Assembly: GCA_011772495.1 (NCBI GenBank)
Contig: WVZL01000014.1
Location: 1-63,580, forward strand
Origin: Candidatus Aminicenantes bacterium
Lineage (GTDB): Bacteria > Acidobacteriota > Aminicenantia > Aminicenantales > Aminicenantaceae
DNA: 63,580 nucleotides
Reading direction: 5' to 3'
The notes under the pieces: generated by a model
What the model was told of the DNA's origin: nothing
The model's database searches: none
What the model saw: the letters and a program-made list of their open reading frames with translations, nothing else
Part shown: piece by piece, positions 49,435-60,228 of the stretch
Position numbering within the stretch: the stretch's first letter is position 1
Layout: each line of letters opens with the position of its first letter
Program-made: the position numbers and the translations under genes

Positions 49435-52400
49435 TTAAAATTCAAAACCTTTAAATTTCACCCTAAAGAAAATCGAGTACAGAACCGGCACGACGCCTAG
49501 GGTAAGTAGGGTTGAAAACAGCAAGCCGAAAATAATCGTGATAGCCATTGGCTCATACATCGGTCCGCCACCAATCCACAAGGGAAGCAATCCACCTATG
49601 GTGGTTGCAGTTGTAAGCAGGATAGGGCGCAGTCGTTTTTGTGCTGATTCAATAACCGCCCTGGCTGGATCTAATCCATTTTCCTGGATTTCAATTCTTA
49701 TTCGATCCAGCAACACGATAGCATTGTTCACCACAATTCCGGCGAGCGAAACAACACCAAGAAGGGTCATAAAACCAAAATACGACCTGGCGACTATCAA
49801 TCCAAAGACAACACCTATTAATCCGAGTGGTATGGTAACGAGAATAATGATCGGACGCCGTATGGAATTGAATTGAATCACCAGCAACAATATGATGATT
49901 AAAAAGGCGATCGGCAGCTTTTCTCCGATCGCGGCATTGGCTTTTCCGGAAGTTTCTATCTCACCGCCTAACTCATATCGATAGCCTATGCCCCATTCCT
50001 TGCTATCTTCTTTTAACCATTTATCCAGACTCTGGCTGAACGCAATCGGCGTGATTCCACCCGTTACCTCAGCCTTCACTGTCACTGTTTTCAAACGCGA
50101 GCGCCGAAGAATTTTCGAAGACTCCCATTCGATCTCCAGATCTGCCACCTGCCGCAAAGGAACATTTTTTCCGGTTAGCTGGGCGTATACGTTAATCGCC
50201 TCCAGTTTTCCAATATCCTGTCGTCCGGCTGCAATTGAACGAAGCACAATCGGTATTGCTTTGTCCTCCTCACGATATTGAGTCGTTTCTATTCCTGCCA
50301 ACGCGGTTTGAAGGGATATGGCGATGTCGCGATTTGTGACGCCTGCTCGGCGAGCGCGTGTTTGATTGATCTTCACAAATATTTTTTTTGTCCGTCGTCC
50401 CCAATCATCACGAATATTTCTAGTATCTGACATCTCAGCGAGTTTGGCTTTCACTCTTTCGGCCAGTTGAAATACCTTATTCAGATCCTTCCCTGAGACA
50501 CGGACTTCGACTGCTGCTGTCGGAGGGCCATACTGAAGCAAATCAATGTGGGAATAGAGATCCGGAAATCTTTCCAAACAGAATTCCTCTGTCTTTTGGA
50601 TGAGGGCATCAATGATTTTGTTGGAAGTTGTGTTGATGATCATGATAGCGTATTCAGGCCTTGAGGGCTCTGGATTATAGCCAAGAAAAAAACGAGGCGC
50701 TCCCTGTCCGATATACGTGGACCAGTTCACAATTCCATCCGGGCGATCAGGCGTTGCGACCAGATTCTTGTGCATAAAGGTCTCTATTTCAGTGATTACG
50801 GACTCAGTTCGATGAATCGGGGAGCCTTTCGGCAATTCAAATTCTGCTGTGTACATAGCTTTTTCATTGCGCGGCATAAAAATATTGGGGATCAATTTAA
50901 AACCTTGCATAGCAGTCAGGAAAACGATGGTCACAATTATCAAAGTGAGAATCGGATTCCGCAGAAGGGTCAAAAGAAATCCACGATAGCGCCTATAAAA
51001 TCCACTGTCATAGTGGATCTTTCTTTTCTTGACTTTTAAAAAATATACAGAAAACATCGGCGTTATTGTCTGCGACAGGATCCAGGAAGAGATAAGGGTA
51101 ATCGTGACCACCTTAAACAGAGGTGCCGTATATTCCCCCACATCCGACTCCGCCAAATATATCGGAAGAAATGCAGCGGAGGTTGTCAGGGAGGCAATTA
51201 ATAACGGCATTCGCAGTTCCCTCGCTGAATCGATAGCCGCATCAACAGCCTTTTTCCCTGCAGATATTTGAACCATGATGGATTCTGACATCACGATAGC
51301 GTTATCCACCAGAAGTCCCAAGGCGATAATGAGCGATGCTATAGACATCTGATCAAGACCGATATAGAAGAAAGACATGATCAGAATACTCATAATCATA
51401 GCCATGGGCACCAGAGAAGCTACGACAAGCCCAGTTCTTATACCCAGCGTGGCAAGCATCACCAAAATCACAATCGCGATAGCTTGAAAAAGGTTGTTCT
51501 GGAAGCTTTTTATTTTTCGGTTGACATCATCCGGTTGAAAAGCAACGATATCGAATTCAATACCGATAGGATAAAGGCTTTGCAAACGATTGACCTGCTC
51601 TCTAACTTTTTCCCCGAGTACAATAATGTTGCCACCTTCTCGCATATTGATGGCTAGTACTAGTGCCGGAATTCCAGAGGAATGCACGATAGACTGTGGA
51701 GGATCGATATACCCTCTAGAAACGTCGGCCAAATCTTCTAGATAGATCAGAGTTCTCCGCCCAGGAATGGTAATCAATGTTCGTTTTAAGTCTTCAACGG
51801 ATTCAAAGCTGCCGCTGGGCTCCAAGACGATTTTTTCCATCCCTGTATCAATATTTCCTCCTGGAATTACGATGTTTTGACTCTGAAGAATAGCGATCAA
51901 CTGAGAGGCGGACAGACCAACTTCAGCAAGACGGGCATCGTTGTATTCGATAAAAATCCGTTCTTCCTGGGCACCATAAATATCCACTTTTGCGACTTCC
52001 TCGACAAGCAGCAATTCATCACGAACCTCATCCGCAATCTTTTTGAGTTCCAAATAGCTATACCCTTCGCCGGTAATAGCAATGTTAGTGCCGAAAACAT
52101 CTCCAAACTCGTCGTTGACAAAAGGTCCAACAACACCTTCCGGCAAATCCCCTTTCACTCGGTCCACCTTTCGTCTCAAGCTATCCCATATAGGACGCAT
52201 TTTCTTATAGCTCTGCTTTATAATCACATAAATTACCGAGACACCTGTGATTGATTCGCTCATGACATAATCAAGCTCTGGCATTTCCTGGATTGCCTTT
52301 TCTAATTTATCCGTTATCAGCATCTCTACTCGTTCTGGCGCAGCCCCGGGAAAGTAAGTGAGGATCAAGGCAGCGCGTATGATGAAGCCTGGATCTTCTG

Positions 52401-52503
52401 CCCTAGGCATGGTCTGGAATGTCATCAACCCGGCTAGCAGGATTAAGATCAAAGCAAAAGCCGTGATTCGGTTTTTTTCTATCGCCGCCTGTGTGATATT
52501 CAT
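49435..52503 (-). CDS. AcrB/AcrD/AcrF family RND permease
   Basis: PRAEDP, GLLVDNAIV, GIVVNNAIVL, RLRPILLT. Confidence 0.95.
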   Translation of the reverse strand: MNITQAAIEKNRITAFALILILLAGLMTFQTMPRAEDPGFIIRAALILTYFPGAAPERVEMLITDKLEKAIQEMPELDYVMSESITGVSVIYVIIKQSYKKMRPIWDSLRRKVDRVKGDLPEGVVGPFVNDEFGDVFGTNIAITGEGYSYLELKKIADEVRDELLLVEEVAKVDIYGAQEERIFIEYNDARLAEVGLSASQLIAILQSQNIVIPGGNIDTGMEKIVLEPSGSFESVEDLKRTLITIPGRRTLIYLEDLADVSRGYIDPPQSIVHSSGIPALVLAINMREGGNIIVLGEKVREQVNRLQSLYPIGIEFDIVAFQPDDVNRKIKSFQNNLFQAIAIVILVMLATLGIRTGLVVASLVPMAMIMSILIMSFFYIGLDQMSIASLIIALGLLVDNAIVMSESIMVQISAGKKAVDAAIDSARELRMPLLIASLTTSAAFLPIYLAESDVGEYTAPLFKVVTITLISSWILSQTITPMFSVYFLKVKKRKIHYDSGFYRRYRGFLLTLLRNPILTLIIVTIVFLTAMQGFKLIPNIFMPRNEKAMYTAEFELPKGSPIHRTESVITEIETFMHKNLVATPDRPDGIVNWSTYIGQGAPRFFLGYNPEPSRPEYAIMIINTTSNKIIDALIQKTEEFCLERFPDLYSHIDLLQYGPPTAAVEVRVSGKDLNKVFQLAERVKAKLAEMSDTRNIRDDWGRRTKKIFVKINQTRARRAGVTNRDIAISLQTALAGIETTQYREEDKAIPIVLRSIAAGRQDIGKLEAINVYAQLTGKNVPLRQVADLEIEWESSKILRRSRLKTVTVKAEVTGGITPIAFSQSLDKWLKEDSKEWGIGYRYELGGEIETSGKANAAIGEKLPIAFLIIILLLVIQFNSIRRPIIILVTIPLGLIGVVFGLIVARSYFGFMTLLGVVSLAGIVVNNAIVLLDRIRIEIQENGLDPARAVIESAQKRLRPILLTTATTIGGLLPLWIGGGPMYEPMAITIIFGLLFSTLLTLGVVPVLYSIFFRVKFKGFEF

Positions 52504-52519
52504 CGGCTCTTCCTCCCAA

Positions 52520-53614
52520 TCATAACTTCACATTTTTCCCATCAACGATATGACTGATTCCTGCTGTAACGACCAAATCACCGTCAGCAAGTCCTTCGAA
52601 TATCTCCAATCCTTCTTCTGTCAATTCACCTACAGCAACGGGTTTGCGTCTTACAATTCCAAGTCCTTCTTGTTCGGGAAGGCGTTCCACAGTAAAGACA
52701 AACCGTCCTTCACGATCTTCTCCGACCGCTTCCGAAGGAACGATGAATCGCACCCTTTCATCTTTGGACTCAAAGCGGAAGGAAACAGATGCTGCCATCC
52801 CAGCACGGATGTCTGGATCTGTCTGTTTTAAAAGTAGTATTACGGGATAGGTAGTGGCCAGTGTTGTTGATTTTATCCCAACTTCTGAGACAATGGCCTG
52901 AAATTTTTTTTCCGGAATAGCATCAAATGTTGCAGAAACCTCCTTGTTTTCCTCAATCTGAGAAATCAAAATTTCTGGAATGGAAACTCTAATCTCCAGT
53001 TGCGACCCAGCGGTTAGCAGAAAAAGCGGCATACCTGCCTGAACGTTTTCATTGACTTCACAGTTGACTTCGGCAATGGCACCATCCGTAGGTGCCGTAA
53101 TTTTTGTATAGCTCAGCTGCAACTGCGCTTGTTCCAACTGTTTGCTTGATGCCTGAGCCATGGCGTTAGCCGATTCGTAAGCCATCCGGGCCGCGTCCAA
53201 ATCCTGTTTCGATGCACTTTTATTCTCATACAGAGATCTTGTTCTGCTATAGGCGGCATTGGCGTTGCGAGCCTGGGCCTCGGCCTGTAGCAAAGATGCT
53301 CTGGCCTGCTGAACATTCAACTGATAATCATAAGGATCCAGTTCAGCAATAATTTGTCCTTTCTGCACCCTATCCCCAACGCCAACAGCAACTCTTTGGA
53401 CTGTTCCTAGCACTTTAAAACTGAGTCTTGATTCTGTTCCGGCTTGGGCTACACCTGGAAAAGTTCGGACACGACTTCCTCCCGTAGCAAGAACCTGAAT
53501 GTAACGCACAGGGCGAATGATTTCTTGGGCTTGCTCTTTCTTCTTACAAGAGGGAATTATCAATGCTGCCATAAAAAACAACAGAAAAAGTTTTGAATAA
53601 TTTTTATCCATCAT
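52520..53614 (-). CDS. RND periplasmic adaptor lipoprotein
   Basis: Lipobox IPSC; GDRVQKGQ, ITAPTDG. Confidence 0.93.
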   Translation of the reverse strand: MMDKNYSKLFLLFFMAALIIPSCKKKEQAQEIIRPVRYIQVLATGGSRVRTFPGVAQAGTESRLSFKVLGTVQRVAVGVGDRVQKGQIIAELDPYDYQLNVQQARASLLQAEAQARNANAAYSRTRSLYENKSASKQDLDAARMAYESANAMAQASSKQLEQAQLQLSYTKITAPTDGAIAEVNCEVNENVQAGMPLFLLTAGSQLEIRVSIPEILISQIEENKEVSATFDAIPEKKFQAIVSEVGIKSTTLATTYPVILLLKQTDPDIRAGMAASVSFRFESKDERVRFIVPSEAVGEDREGRFVFTVERLPEQEGLGIVRRKPVAVGELTEEGLEIFEGLADGDLVVTAGISHIVDGKNVKL

Positions 53615-53702
53615 TTTCCTCCAAAGTTGTTTTCTTCACGCATAAAAATTTAGGTCGTTTTATATCTTTCTTGATAATACATATCAAATCTAAACGACAG
53701 GT

Positions 53703-56108
53703 TTATTGTTCATCCAGCGATATGCCTAATTTTTTAAAAAATGCTTTCATACGCTCAATAAGCATCTGCCGTTCTTCGTTACTCATGAAAAATTCAAATC
53801 TTCCAGTAGCTCGTTCCGCCTCCATCAAGACAATCAAAAAATCATAAACAGCATTTGCTGCAGCTTGATCAGTATTGAACGCTACGTTTTGAGCATCCAA
53901 CAGGTGAAGAATAGAAATAGCGCCTTGCGCATAGGCTTCCTGCACAACTGATAAAGATTTGTTAGCAGCTTCAGCAGCCTTTTGTGCCTGCTCAATACTG
54001 GAATGTGAAGCGCCGGTTAGATGAAATGCGGAGCGAATGCGTTGCTCAATTTTTTCCTCCAATGCTTCCCTTTGGAAATAGAGCCTCTCGAGTTCTTTTT
54101 GGGCCTTGGTTCGAACAGCGGCCTTCTCTCCACCCTTGAATAAAGGAAAAGTCAGAGCCAAGCCGATACTCCAACTGGTATCATCTAATTCGGGAAGCTG
54201 GAATGGCGAGGAGAGATCAAGATTGCTTTTTGATCCGGCTCCTCCTTTTGAAAAGATGTTCGAATATTCCCCTTGAATCGCAAGAGTTGGCAGCCAAAAA
54301 CTGCTGGAGGCTGAACGCAAAATTCTTTCCTGGGCCTTGATAGCTGCATCCAAGGCTGCTAATTCCGGTGAGACTGCAAATCCCTCGCCGACCATGAAAT
54401 CCCGGAAGACGGCCCAATATTGTTTGTTTTCCGTATATTTTATAAATTCCTCTTCACTTGTAAAAAGTATTTGTTCACGTATGTCTACCTCGAGTGTGAT
54501 AAAAGGCTCCTCCAAAGGCCGGTGAAGCAAACGGTTGAGTTCAATCTCTGCAATGTTTCGGTTTGCATTTGCCAAGATCACGGATTTACGGTTAAGAGCC
54601 AATTCACTCTCCCATCGATACACTTCCGCTGGTCCGGCAGTCCCTACCGATTCTCTGACTCGGGCAAGCTCCAGATTGGCGCGTGTTCTCCTCAAATTTT
54701 CTTTTTCAATCCGTTCAAATGTTTTCGCGCGAAGGACATTTAGATAGGATATCGAAGCTGCCAGAGCAATATCGAGCCGCAGTTGCTCAAAATCCAGCTC
54801 TCTTGTTTTTTGAAACGACTTTTGTATATCGAAATTTGCCCAGGCTGGTTCGGAAAATATAACCTGGGTTGCAGTAAGAGAACCAGAAAGGGAGCGTTCC
54901 GCTTGAGACCCAAAACTGGCTTCAGCTCTATCCTCGTCAATAACTAATCCTGTTCCTGATAAACTCAGCTGTGGAAGAAGCTTTGAACGAGCCTCTTCGA
55001 TATTCTGTACTCCAGCTACTACAAATTTCTCTTTGGCAGCAAGATCCAAATTGACGTCGATGGCTTCTCGAACTGCAGAGCCCAAATCCAGTTTACGTTC
55101 CACTTCAACTCTCTCCTCGTTGATCAATACAGCCTCGGTTATAACACCCCAATTAGGATAAACACCTATCGCTCGCGCGGTTGCGTCGTTTATGGTCAGC
55201 TTTTCTCCTATGACTATATTTACTGGTATTGAACCCGGCTCCTCTCCTAACAGGACCCGTTGAACATTCAGAGCTACCCTTCGGGCAACCTTGGGAAACA
55301 AATCCGTTACAGTACAGGCCAGAATTCCCTGTTGGACATCACTGACGTCAAATCCAGAGAAACTGGGCAGTTTACGCTTTATGAGTTCTTCAGCAAAACG
55401 AACAAACTCCTTCCTAGAGAGATTTGTGAGCGGTCCCAACAAGACAGCTTCGACGTCAGGCGATAATTCAGAAATGGCTTTGTCAATATTTTCATCGACA
55501 CCGACGACTTGAAGATCGATCCCGATTGTCTTCAATAAATTCTTGCCGCGGGTGTTCAGTTCAGGGACGGCTTCCAAGTAGTGGTAATTTATCAAGTAGG
55601 CTAATTTTTCAAATTTAACCACATCCAAAAAGGCTTGAACATTTCTAATGATCCTGTCCGGAATATTGACATAACAAAAATTTTTAACCTGGCTTGTTCC
55701 ATCTTTTTGCGGAAATCCCATCAATTCCGCATCAAGAATAAACGGCGCGATTACCGGCTTGGGAAGGTCCCCCCGAGAAGCGACATCATGGGAAGCAATG
55801 ATCCCCATGGTTAAAATCAAATCTACCTGTGGATCAGATAAGAGTTTGTCTATTGCAGCTTTTACGCTAGCTTCCGTCCAATCTGCTAAAATTAGCTTAT
55901 CTTCGGGGAATAGGACTTCAAATTCTCCTCGAGTTAGCTCGAGAATTTCGCTCCGAAAAAGAAGCAAATACTCCTCATTCCTTTCCCAATACCCATCCAA
56001 AACCATACCTATGCGCATAACGGGCAGATTTCTTTGAGCCTGCGGAAACATCAGGCTTATAAAAGTCGATAAAGTGACAATTAAACAAATATAAAGCCGA
56101 TAATTCAT
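53703..56108 (-). CDS. TolC family protein fused to an N-terminal ABC-type substrate-binding-like domain
   Basis: N-terminal ~320 aa ending LTINDATARAIG; C-terminal OEP repeats (SKLLPQLSL, SILHLLDAQ). Confidence 0.88.
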   Translation of the reverse strand: MNYRLYICLIVTLSTFISLMFPQAQRNLPVMRIGMVLDGYWERNEEYLLLFRSEILELTRGEFEVLFPEDKLILADWTEASVKAAIDKLLSDPQVDLILTMGIIASHDVASRGDLPKPVIAPFILDAELMGFPQKDGTSQVKNFCYVNIPDRIIRNVQAFLDVVKFEKLAYLINYHYLEAVPELNTRGKNLLKTIGIDLQVVGVDENIDKAISELSPDVEAVLLGPLTNLSRKEFVRFAEELIKRKLPSFSGFDVSDVQQGILACTVTDLFPKVARRVALNVQRVLLGEEPGSIPVNIVIGEKLTINDATARAIGVYPNWGVITEAVLINEERVEVERKLDLGSAVREAIDVNLDLAAKEKFVVAGVQNIEEARSKLLPQLSLSGTGLVIDEDRAEASFGSQAERSLSGSLTATQVIFSEPAWANFDIQKSFQKTRELDFEQLRLDIALAASISYLNVLRAKTFERIEKENLRRTRANLELARVRESVGTAGPAEVYRWESELALNRKSVILANANRNIAEIELNRLLHRPLEEPFITLEVDIREQILFTSEEEFIKYTENKQYWAVFRDFMVGEGFAVSPELAALDAAIKAQERILRSASSSFWLPTLAIQGEYSNIFSKGGAGSKSNLDLSSPFQLPELDDTSWSIGLALTFPLFKGGEKAAVRTKAQKELERLYFQREALEEKIEQRIRSAFHLTGASHSSIEQAQKAAEAANKSLSVVQEAYAQGAISILHLLDAQNVAFNTDQAAANAVYDFLIVLMEAERATGRFEFFMSNEERQMLIERMKAFFKKLGISLDEQ

Positions 56109-56583
56109 TTATTTTCCTCCGATATGATTTGTGCTTCTTAAAAAATCATACGATTGATTTTAGATGTTATGCATAGGCTAAATATCTCATTTTTGCGCAT
56201 AGTTTTAAAATTTATCATATTAAAAATATACAATCAATAAAAAATATAGGGATTCCTCTAAAAATAAGCCCTAAAATCTCTTAATTTATTCACTTTCAGG
56301 TAATTACATAAAACACCAAGAGGAATCGTTAAAAGTCATCGGTTGTTTCGACATACCTACAATGATCAATACTCCCTAGGTGTAGGTTCTCTTCGAGGTC
56401 TGGATTTATTATTTCTCTTCTCTATTAGGGCTTATATTCTGGCAAAAATCACAGGTATATGGCGTTATGCTTTTCAGGAACAGCTGAAGTTGCGGAATTG
56501 AGGGGAGGGAGGCTGGGTTGAAGAGCCATTGATTAAAACGAAATGAAATTAATTATTTCATGCCATTCTTAGTAGACATTGAA

Positions 56584-56651
56584 CAGGTCTCCATATTCCA
56601 TATTTAAAAAATCCTTTCCCGCTCTAATGTTGAAAGTCAAGACCTGACCCC
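56584..56651 (+). repeat. GGGGTCAG-family type A element
   Basis: CAGGTCTCCATATTCC...AATGTTGAAAGTCAAGACCTGACCCC. Confidence 0.75.
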
Positions 56652-56671
56652 TCTTGTTTGACCTTTACTAT

Positions 56672-58894
56672 TTAGAACTGAAAGAGATAACTGACCTTAA
56701 AGAAGACACTTCGGCTTTTCTGATAATATTTTCTAGTAGGTCCTTCATTTAGCCATAGGCCTTCATGCCATCTGTGATTTTCATATAATCCACCATAACC
56801 AAGATGTATAACTGTTCCTGGGATCAGGGTAAACGAGATAAGTCCATCCGTTAAAATAGTCTCGAGATAACTATCATATTGAACAATGGCTCTCAGGAAT
56901 AAATACTTATTTATCTGATAAGTTGTACGCGATATCAGGATGTTTAAATCATATAACCTTTGTCCATCGTGTTTTCTATCGAGTTTCTGGTAAATGTATT
57001 GGAAGTACTGGGCTAGGTTTTGGTTTGGCTGGACGAGCACCTTAAAATCAAGTGATAATCCTTCTCCTAGGGAAGGGGTGTATGGATCGTAATAAATGCT
57101 ATCTCCTACCCTACACATAGCATAGAAATTTATCCAATTTGCTGACTGAATCTCACCGGCAATGTTAAAATAGTTACCTTTAAAGCCTATGTTTTTCCAG
57201 TATTCACTAAAAGTATAGTATTCCACTTTGACTGAACCCTGTTTAGCAAGCCTAAATTCAACACCTCCATTAAGCAAATAGTCATCTTCATGGGTTGTTA
57301 TATCATGCAAATAATATCCAAAAACGAAAGGGGTCATTCTCTTTAACCAAGACAATTTCTCCTGATTGGGGTATATGTTGAAATCCAAATACGTTCTAAA
57401 CTTTGAAATTCCTAAACGTCGAACAAAAGCTGTGTCCATTCTGAAATCGTCATCGAAATACTCATAATCCAGGCTGAGATCAAATGATTTTGAACTGTGT
57501 TGATAGGAGAGAGTTAATGCGGACCCATTGTATTTTCTTAGAGTATTTTCATCTTTTGAAATTGTGTAGAGAAAATTGGATTTCAAGAAGTTAATGCCGC
57601 CGCCAAATCGATAGTACACATCTCCCCCTATAACTCTGTTATATCCTCCGGCAAAATTACGATTAGTAATAATAGCACCAACGTAACTATCGGACCCGAT
57701 TCCAAGTTTTGACCGTCCCATAATGAAATGAGCCTTTTTGCCTTCAAATGGATTTTCTTCCCCTTTATCATACTTCCTTCCGGGCCAGTCATCCGCAGAA
57801 GCTAAAACACTGAACGAGAGGGCCTCTAGATCCCCCCTTACTTTAGCTCCCCATAATGGATCTACAATCTTCCTGGTATGCACTGCACTCCCAAGATTTC
57901 CATACGTCATACAAGTTCCTGCCAAACTGAAAATTTTGCTTGTTTCCATGTAGAATTGACGTTTTTCACGGTAAAAAACAGGATAACGTTGGTTGGCTAA
58001 AATCTGAAATGCATCTGTTTCAACTTGACTGAAATCTGGATTTATCGTAGCTTCTAAAGCAATTGATGAAGTCACTCTATACTTTGTTGTAATTCCCAGG
58101 TTTGTGGAAGAATTTCCTCCAGACCATGTTAAGGGGCTCTCTCTATCCCAAATATTTCCATAAGTGATTGCTGGAATAGCCCCAAAGTTAAGGTTGCTGT
58201 TGAGCTCACTAATAATAAATTTTGTCATTCCTGCAAAAAAACCCTGACCAGCAGGAACTTCTGGCCAAGAACCCATTATGCTATGATGTGCTATTTTCCT
58301 CTCAAAGATAATATTCATTTCAACATTCTCACCACTCCTATAACTGAATCCCTCCAAAGGCAATTTAATTTCCACTATGTATCCGTCCTCGACTACTCTT
58401 CCGGCACTATACCATACATAATCAGGCGCGAAGTCCACTCCAGTCGCGGAGGAGTCATACAAATCTCCTTGTATCCCTTTTGGATTAACACAGAGAACGT
58501 AGCCAAACCTTCTATTGCCGATCATATCAATATTAAAGCCAATCCAATCGTCTTTCCACATATCATCACGTTTAACAATTGAGCTCTTAATTTTTTCTGG
58601 CTCATTATCAAGGCAGTGAAAAGCAAAATACAAATTGTGTGAATCATTGGTAAACCAGATGCGAGTTTTATAGGGGAAAATCTGCCCAAATACTGGAGAA
58701 TAGCTTATGAAAAAATCGTCAATATCAGGCTCCCTTCTCCAAACCTCGTCATCCAATTTGCCGTCGATCTCAGGTTCTCTTATTGACCGAAAAGACTGAA
58801 GAATTTTACTCTTAGGAATTGATCCAATACTAGCGTAATTATCGATAAAGGAAATGACCAAAAAAACAAAAATAAGATAAATATTTCTTTTCAC
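56672..58894 (-). CDS. CBM9-like + DUF5916 outer-membrane beta-barrel protein
   Basis: IDGKLDDEVW, TINPDFSQVETD, EKRQF, terminal KVSYLFQF. Confidence 0.88.
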   Translation of the reverse strand: MKRNIYLIFVFLVISFIDNYASIGSIPKSKILQSFRSIREPEIDGKLDDEVWRREPDIDDFFISYSPVFGQIFPYKTRIWFTNDSHNLYFAFHCLDNEPEKIKSSIVKRDDMWKDDWIGFNIDMIGNRRFGYVLCVNPKGIQGDLYDSSATGVDFAPDYVWYSAGRVVEDGYIVEIKLPLEGFSYRSGENVEMNIIFERKIAHHSIMGSWPEVPAGQGFFAGMTKFIISELNSNLNFGAIPAITYGNIWDRESPLTWSGGNSSTNLGITTKYRVTSSIALEATINPDFSQVETDAFQILANQRYPVFYREKRQFYMETSKIFSLAGTCMTYGNLGSAVHTRKIVDPLWGAKVRGDLEALSFSVLASADDWPGRKYDKGEENPFEGKKAHFIMGRSKLGIGSDSYVGAIITNRNFAGGYNRVIGGDVYYRFGGGINFLKSNFLYTISKDENTLRKYNGSALTLSYQHSSKSFDLSLDYEYFDDDFRMDTAFVRRLGISKFRTYLDFNIYPNQEKLSWLKRMTPFVFGYYLHDITTHEDDYLLNGGVEFRLAKQGSVKVEYYTFSEYWKNIGFKGNYFNIAGEIQSANWINFYAMCRVGDSIYYDPYTPSLGEGLSLDFKVLVQPNQNLAQYFQYIYQKLDRKHDGQRLYDLNILISRTTYQINKYLFLRAIVQYDSYLETILTDGLISFTLIPGTVIHLGYGGLYENHRWHEGLWLNEGPTRKYYQKSRSVFFKVSYLFQF

Positions 58895-59174
58895 AATAAA
58901 CTCCCTTCAAGATTAATTAAGGCAAATCAACGCAAATTTGATTCGGACCGAAATTCATTTAATTAATAAAATAGGCTACCAGCCTTTCCTTCTCACCTCC
59001 TGTGTCCGGCTCTTCGCGAATCCCATAATAATTTGCTAAGGCTCTAGGACTAAGATCAATGTTTAGCTCAAGGGTCTTTCTAACAAAAAAAAGAATCGAC
59101 TTCCTCCAGTCTCGGAATGTCCACCCACTATTCTGGTCCGTATTCAGGCCCGAATCCTTCAACAACTTGATTTA

Positions 59175-59435
59175 TCAGGGTTTCATACCGAAGCAGCCAG
59201 TGAGCAGGCGTTCGATTTCCCAAGAACAATTTTCTTTATACTGATATTTCTCATTCACAAGAGACCAAGCATCAACTGATTTCACAGAGCTGTCCTTTGT
59301 GAAAGCTGCATGCGGAATATTCGAAGGTATGGCAATCACCTCTCCTTTTTTTACGCCTATAGTTTTATCCTTAACCTCGAAATATAATTTCCCCTGTAAA
59401 ACGAGCGTGATCTGTTCGCTTGCATGAGAATGCAT
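59175..59435 (-). pseudogene. C-terminal half of a cupin protein
   Basis: HSHASEQ..G..IPSNIPH; N-terminal strands missing. Confidence 0.7.
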
Positions 59436-59441
59436 GTCAAA

Positions 59442-59534
59442 TTATCTTTTAGGATCTATCCAGGCGTAATCCTTAAACTCAAATTTTTCGAGTAGAGAAA
59501 CAATCGTCTCCATATTACTGGAAATAACATCCAT
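59442..59534 (-). pseudogene. N-terminal fragment of a DUF2284-like protein
   Basis: MDVISSNMETIVSLLEKFEFKDYAWIDPKR*; TAATG overlap with the upstream gene. Confidence 0.5.
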
Positions 59535-59818
59535 TAAAAACGAATCCCTGGAACACGGTGAGTTTTTTTCATGCTCTTGCTGTCTGTACAGCTTTCATTC
59601 TCTGCGAGTGAAAAGCCTGGCAATGTATCTTTGATCTTCTCCCACATTTTTTGTCCTGATCCATTCATGACCAAGAAGCCAGACCGGATGGCATCCTGAA
59701 TTTCTTCCTCACATATTCCTAATTTTCTCGCCTGTTCGAGATGATAATCGAAACAGGGAAAGCAATGAGCTGAAACAGATGCGCCCAAACAAATTAATTC
59801 TCTCTGTTTGAGGTCCAT
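59534..59818 (-). CDS. Carboxymuconolactone decarboxylase/AhpD-like CxxC protein
   Basis: RELICLGASVSAHCFPCFDYH; AGGAGG SD. Confidence 0.85.
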   Translation of the reverse strand: MDLKQRELICLGASVSAHCFPCFDYHLEQARKLGICEEEIQDAIRSGFLVMNGSGQKMWEKIKDTLPGFSLAENESCTDSKSMKKTHRVPGIRF

Positions 59819-59897
59819 TTTATTTCTCCTCCTATTTAAAAAATTGAATCAAATTCAGGGCTTCTATACCGTTCTTGTAATAAAATCACTTTTTTAC

Positions 59898-60149
59898 TCA
59901 GATTTTGATAGCATTGTTTGGAATAGCAAATTCAGGATCTAGGAGAGCGAGTTGTGAAATCCTGTGACTGCTGTGCTGGGTTCGATAAGCATCAGCATCG
60001 CATTTAGACAGATAACTCTCGATAGTTCCGTAGCCGGCTTCTTTAGCGACCTTTAGCAGAAATACAGAAGATGAGGCAATCAAGTTAAATCCCAAAAGTG
60101 AGAGAACAAAAGCGACGAATAAAATTAATAATTTCTCTCTAAATTTCAT
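59898..60149 (-). pseudogene. Truncated secreted protein, possibly an ankyrin remnant
   Basis: GGAGG SD and signal peptide, then AKEAGYGTIESYL and an early stop. Confidence 0.4.
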
Positions 60150-60186
60150 ATTTGCCTCCCATTTAAAAAATATGTTTTCTCTTCAA

Positions 60187-60210
60187 TAGTGTTCATTATA
60201 GTAGTCACTA
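60187..60210. promoter_or_regulatory. Candidate TrmB operator
   Basis: TAGTGTTCAT-TATA-GTAGTCACTA. Confidence 0.55.
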
Positions 60211-60228
60211 GCATTTGAAGAAAAAAAA

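Noticed and set aside
3067-56651. CRISPR interpretation of the recurring repeats
   Set aside because: Copies are dispersed and degenerate, with no regular spacers and no cas genes.
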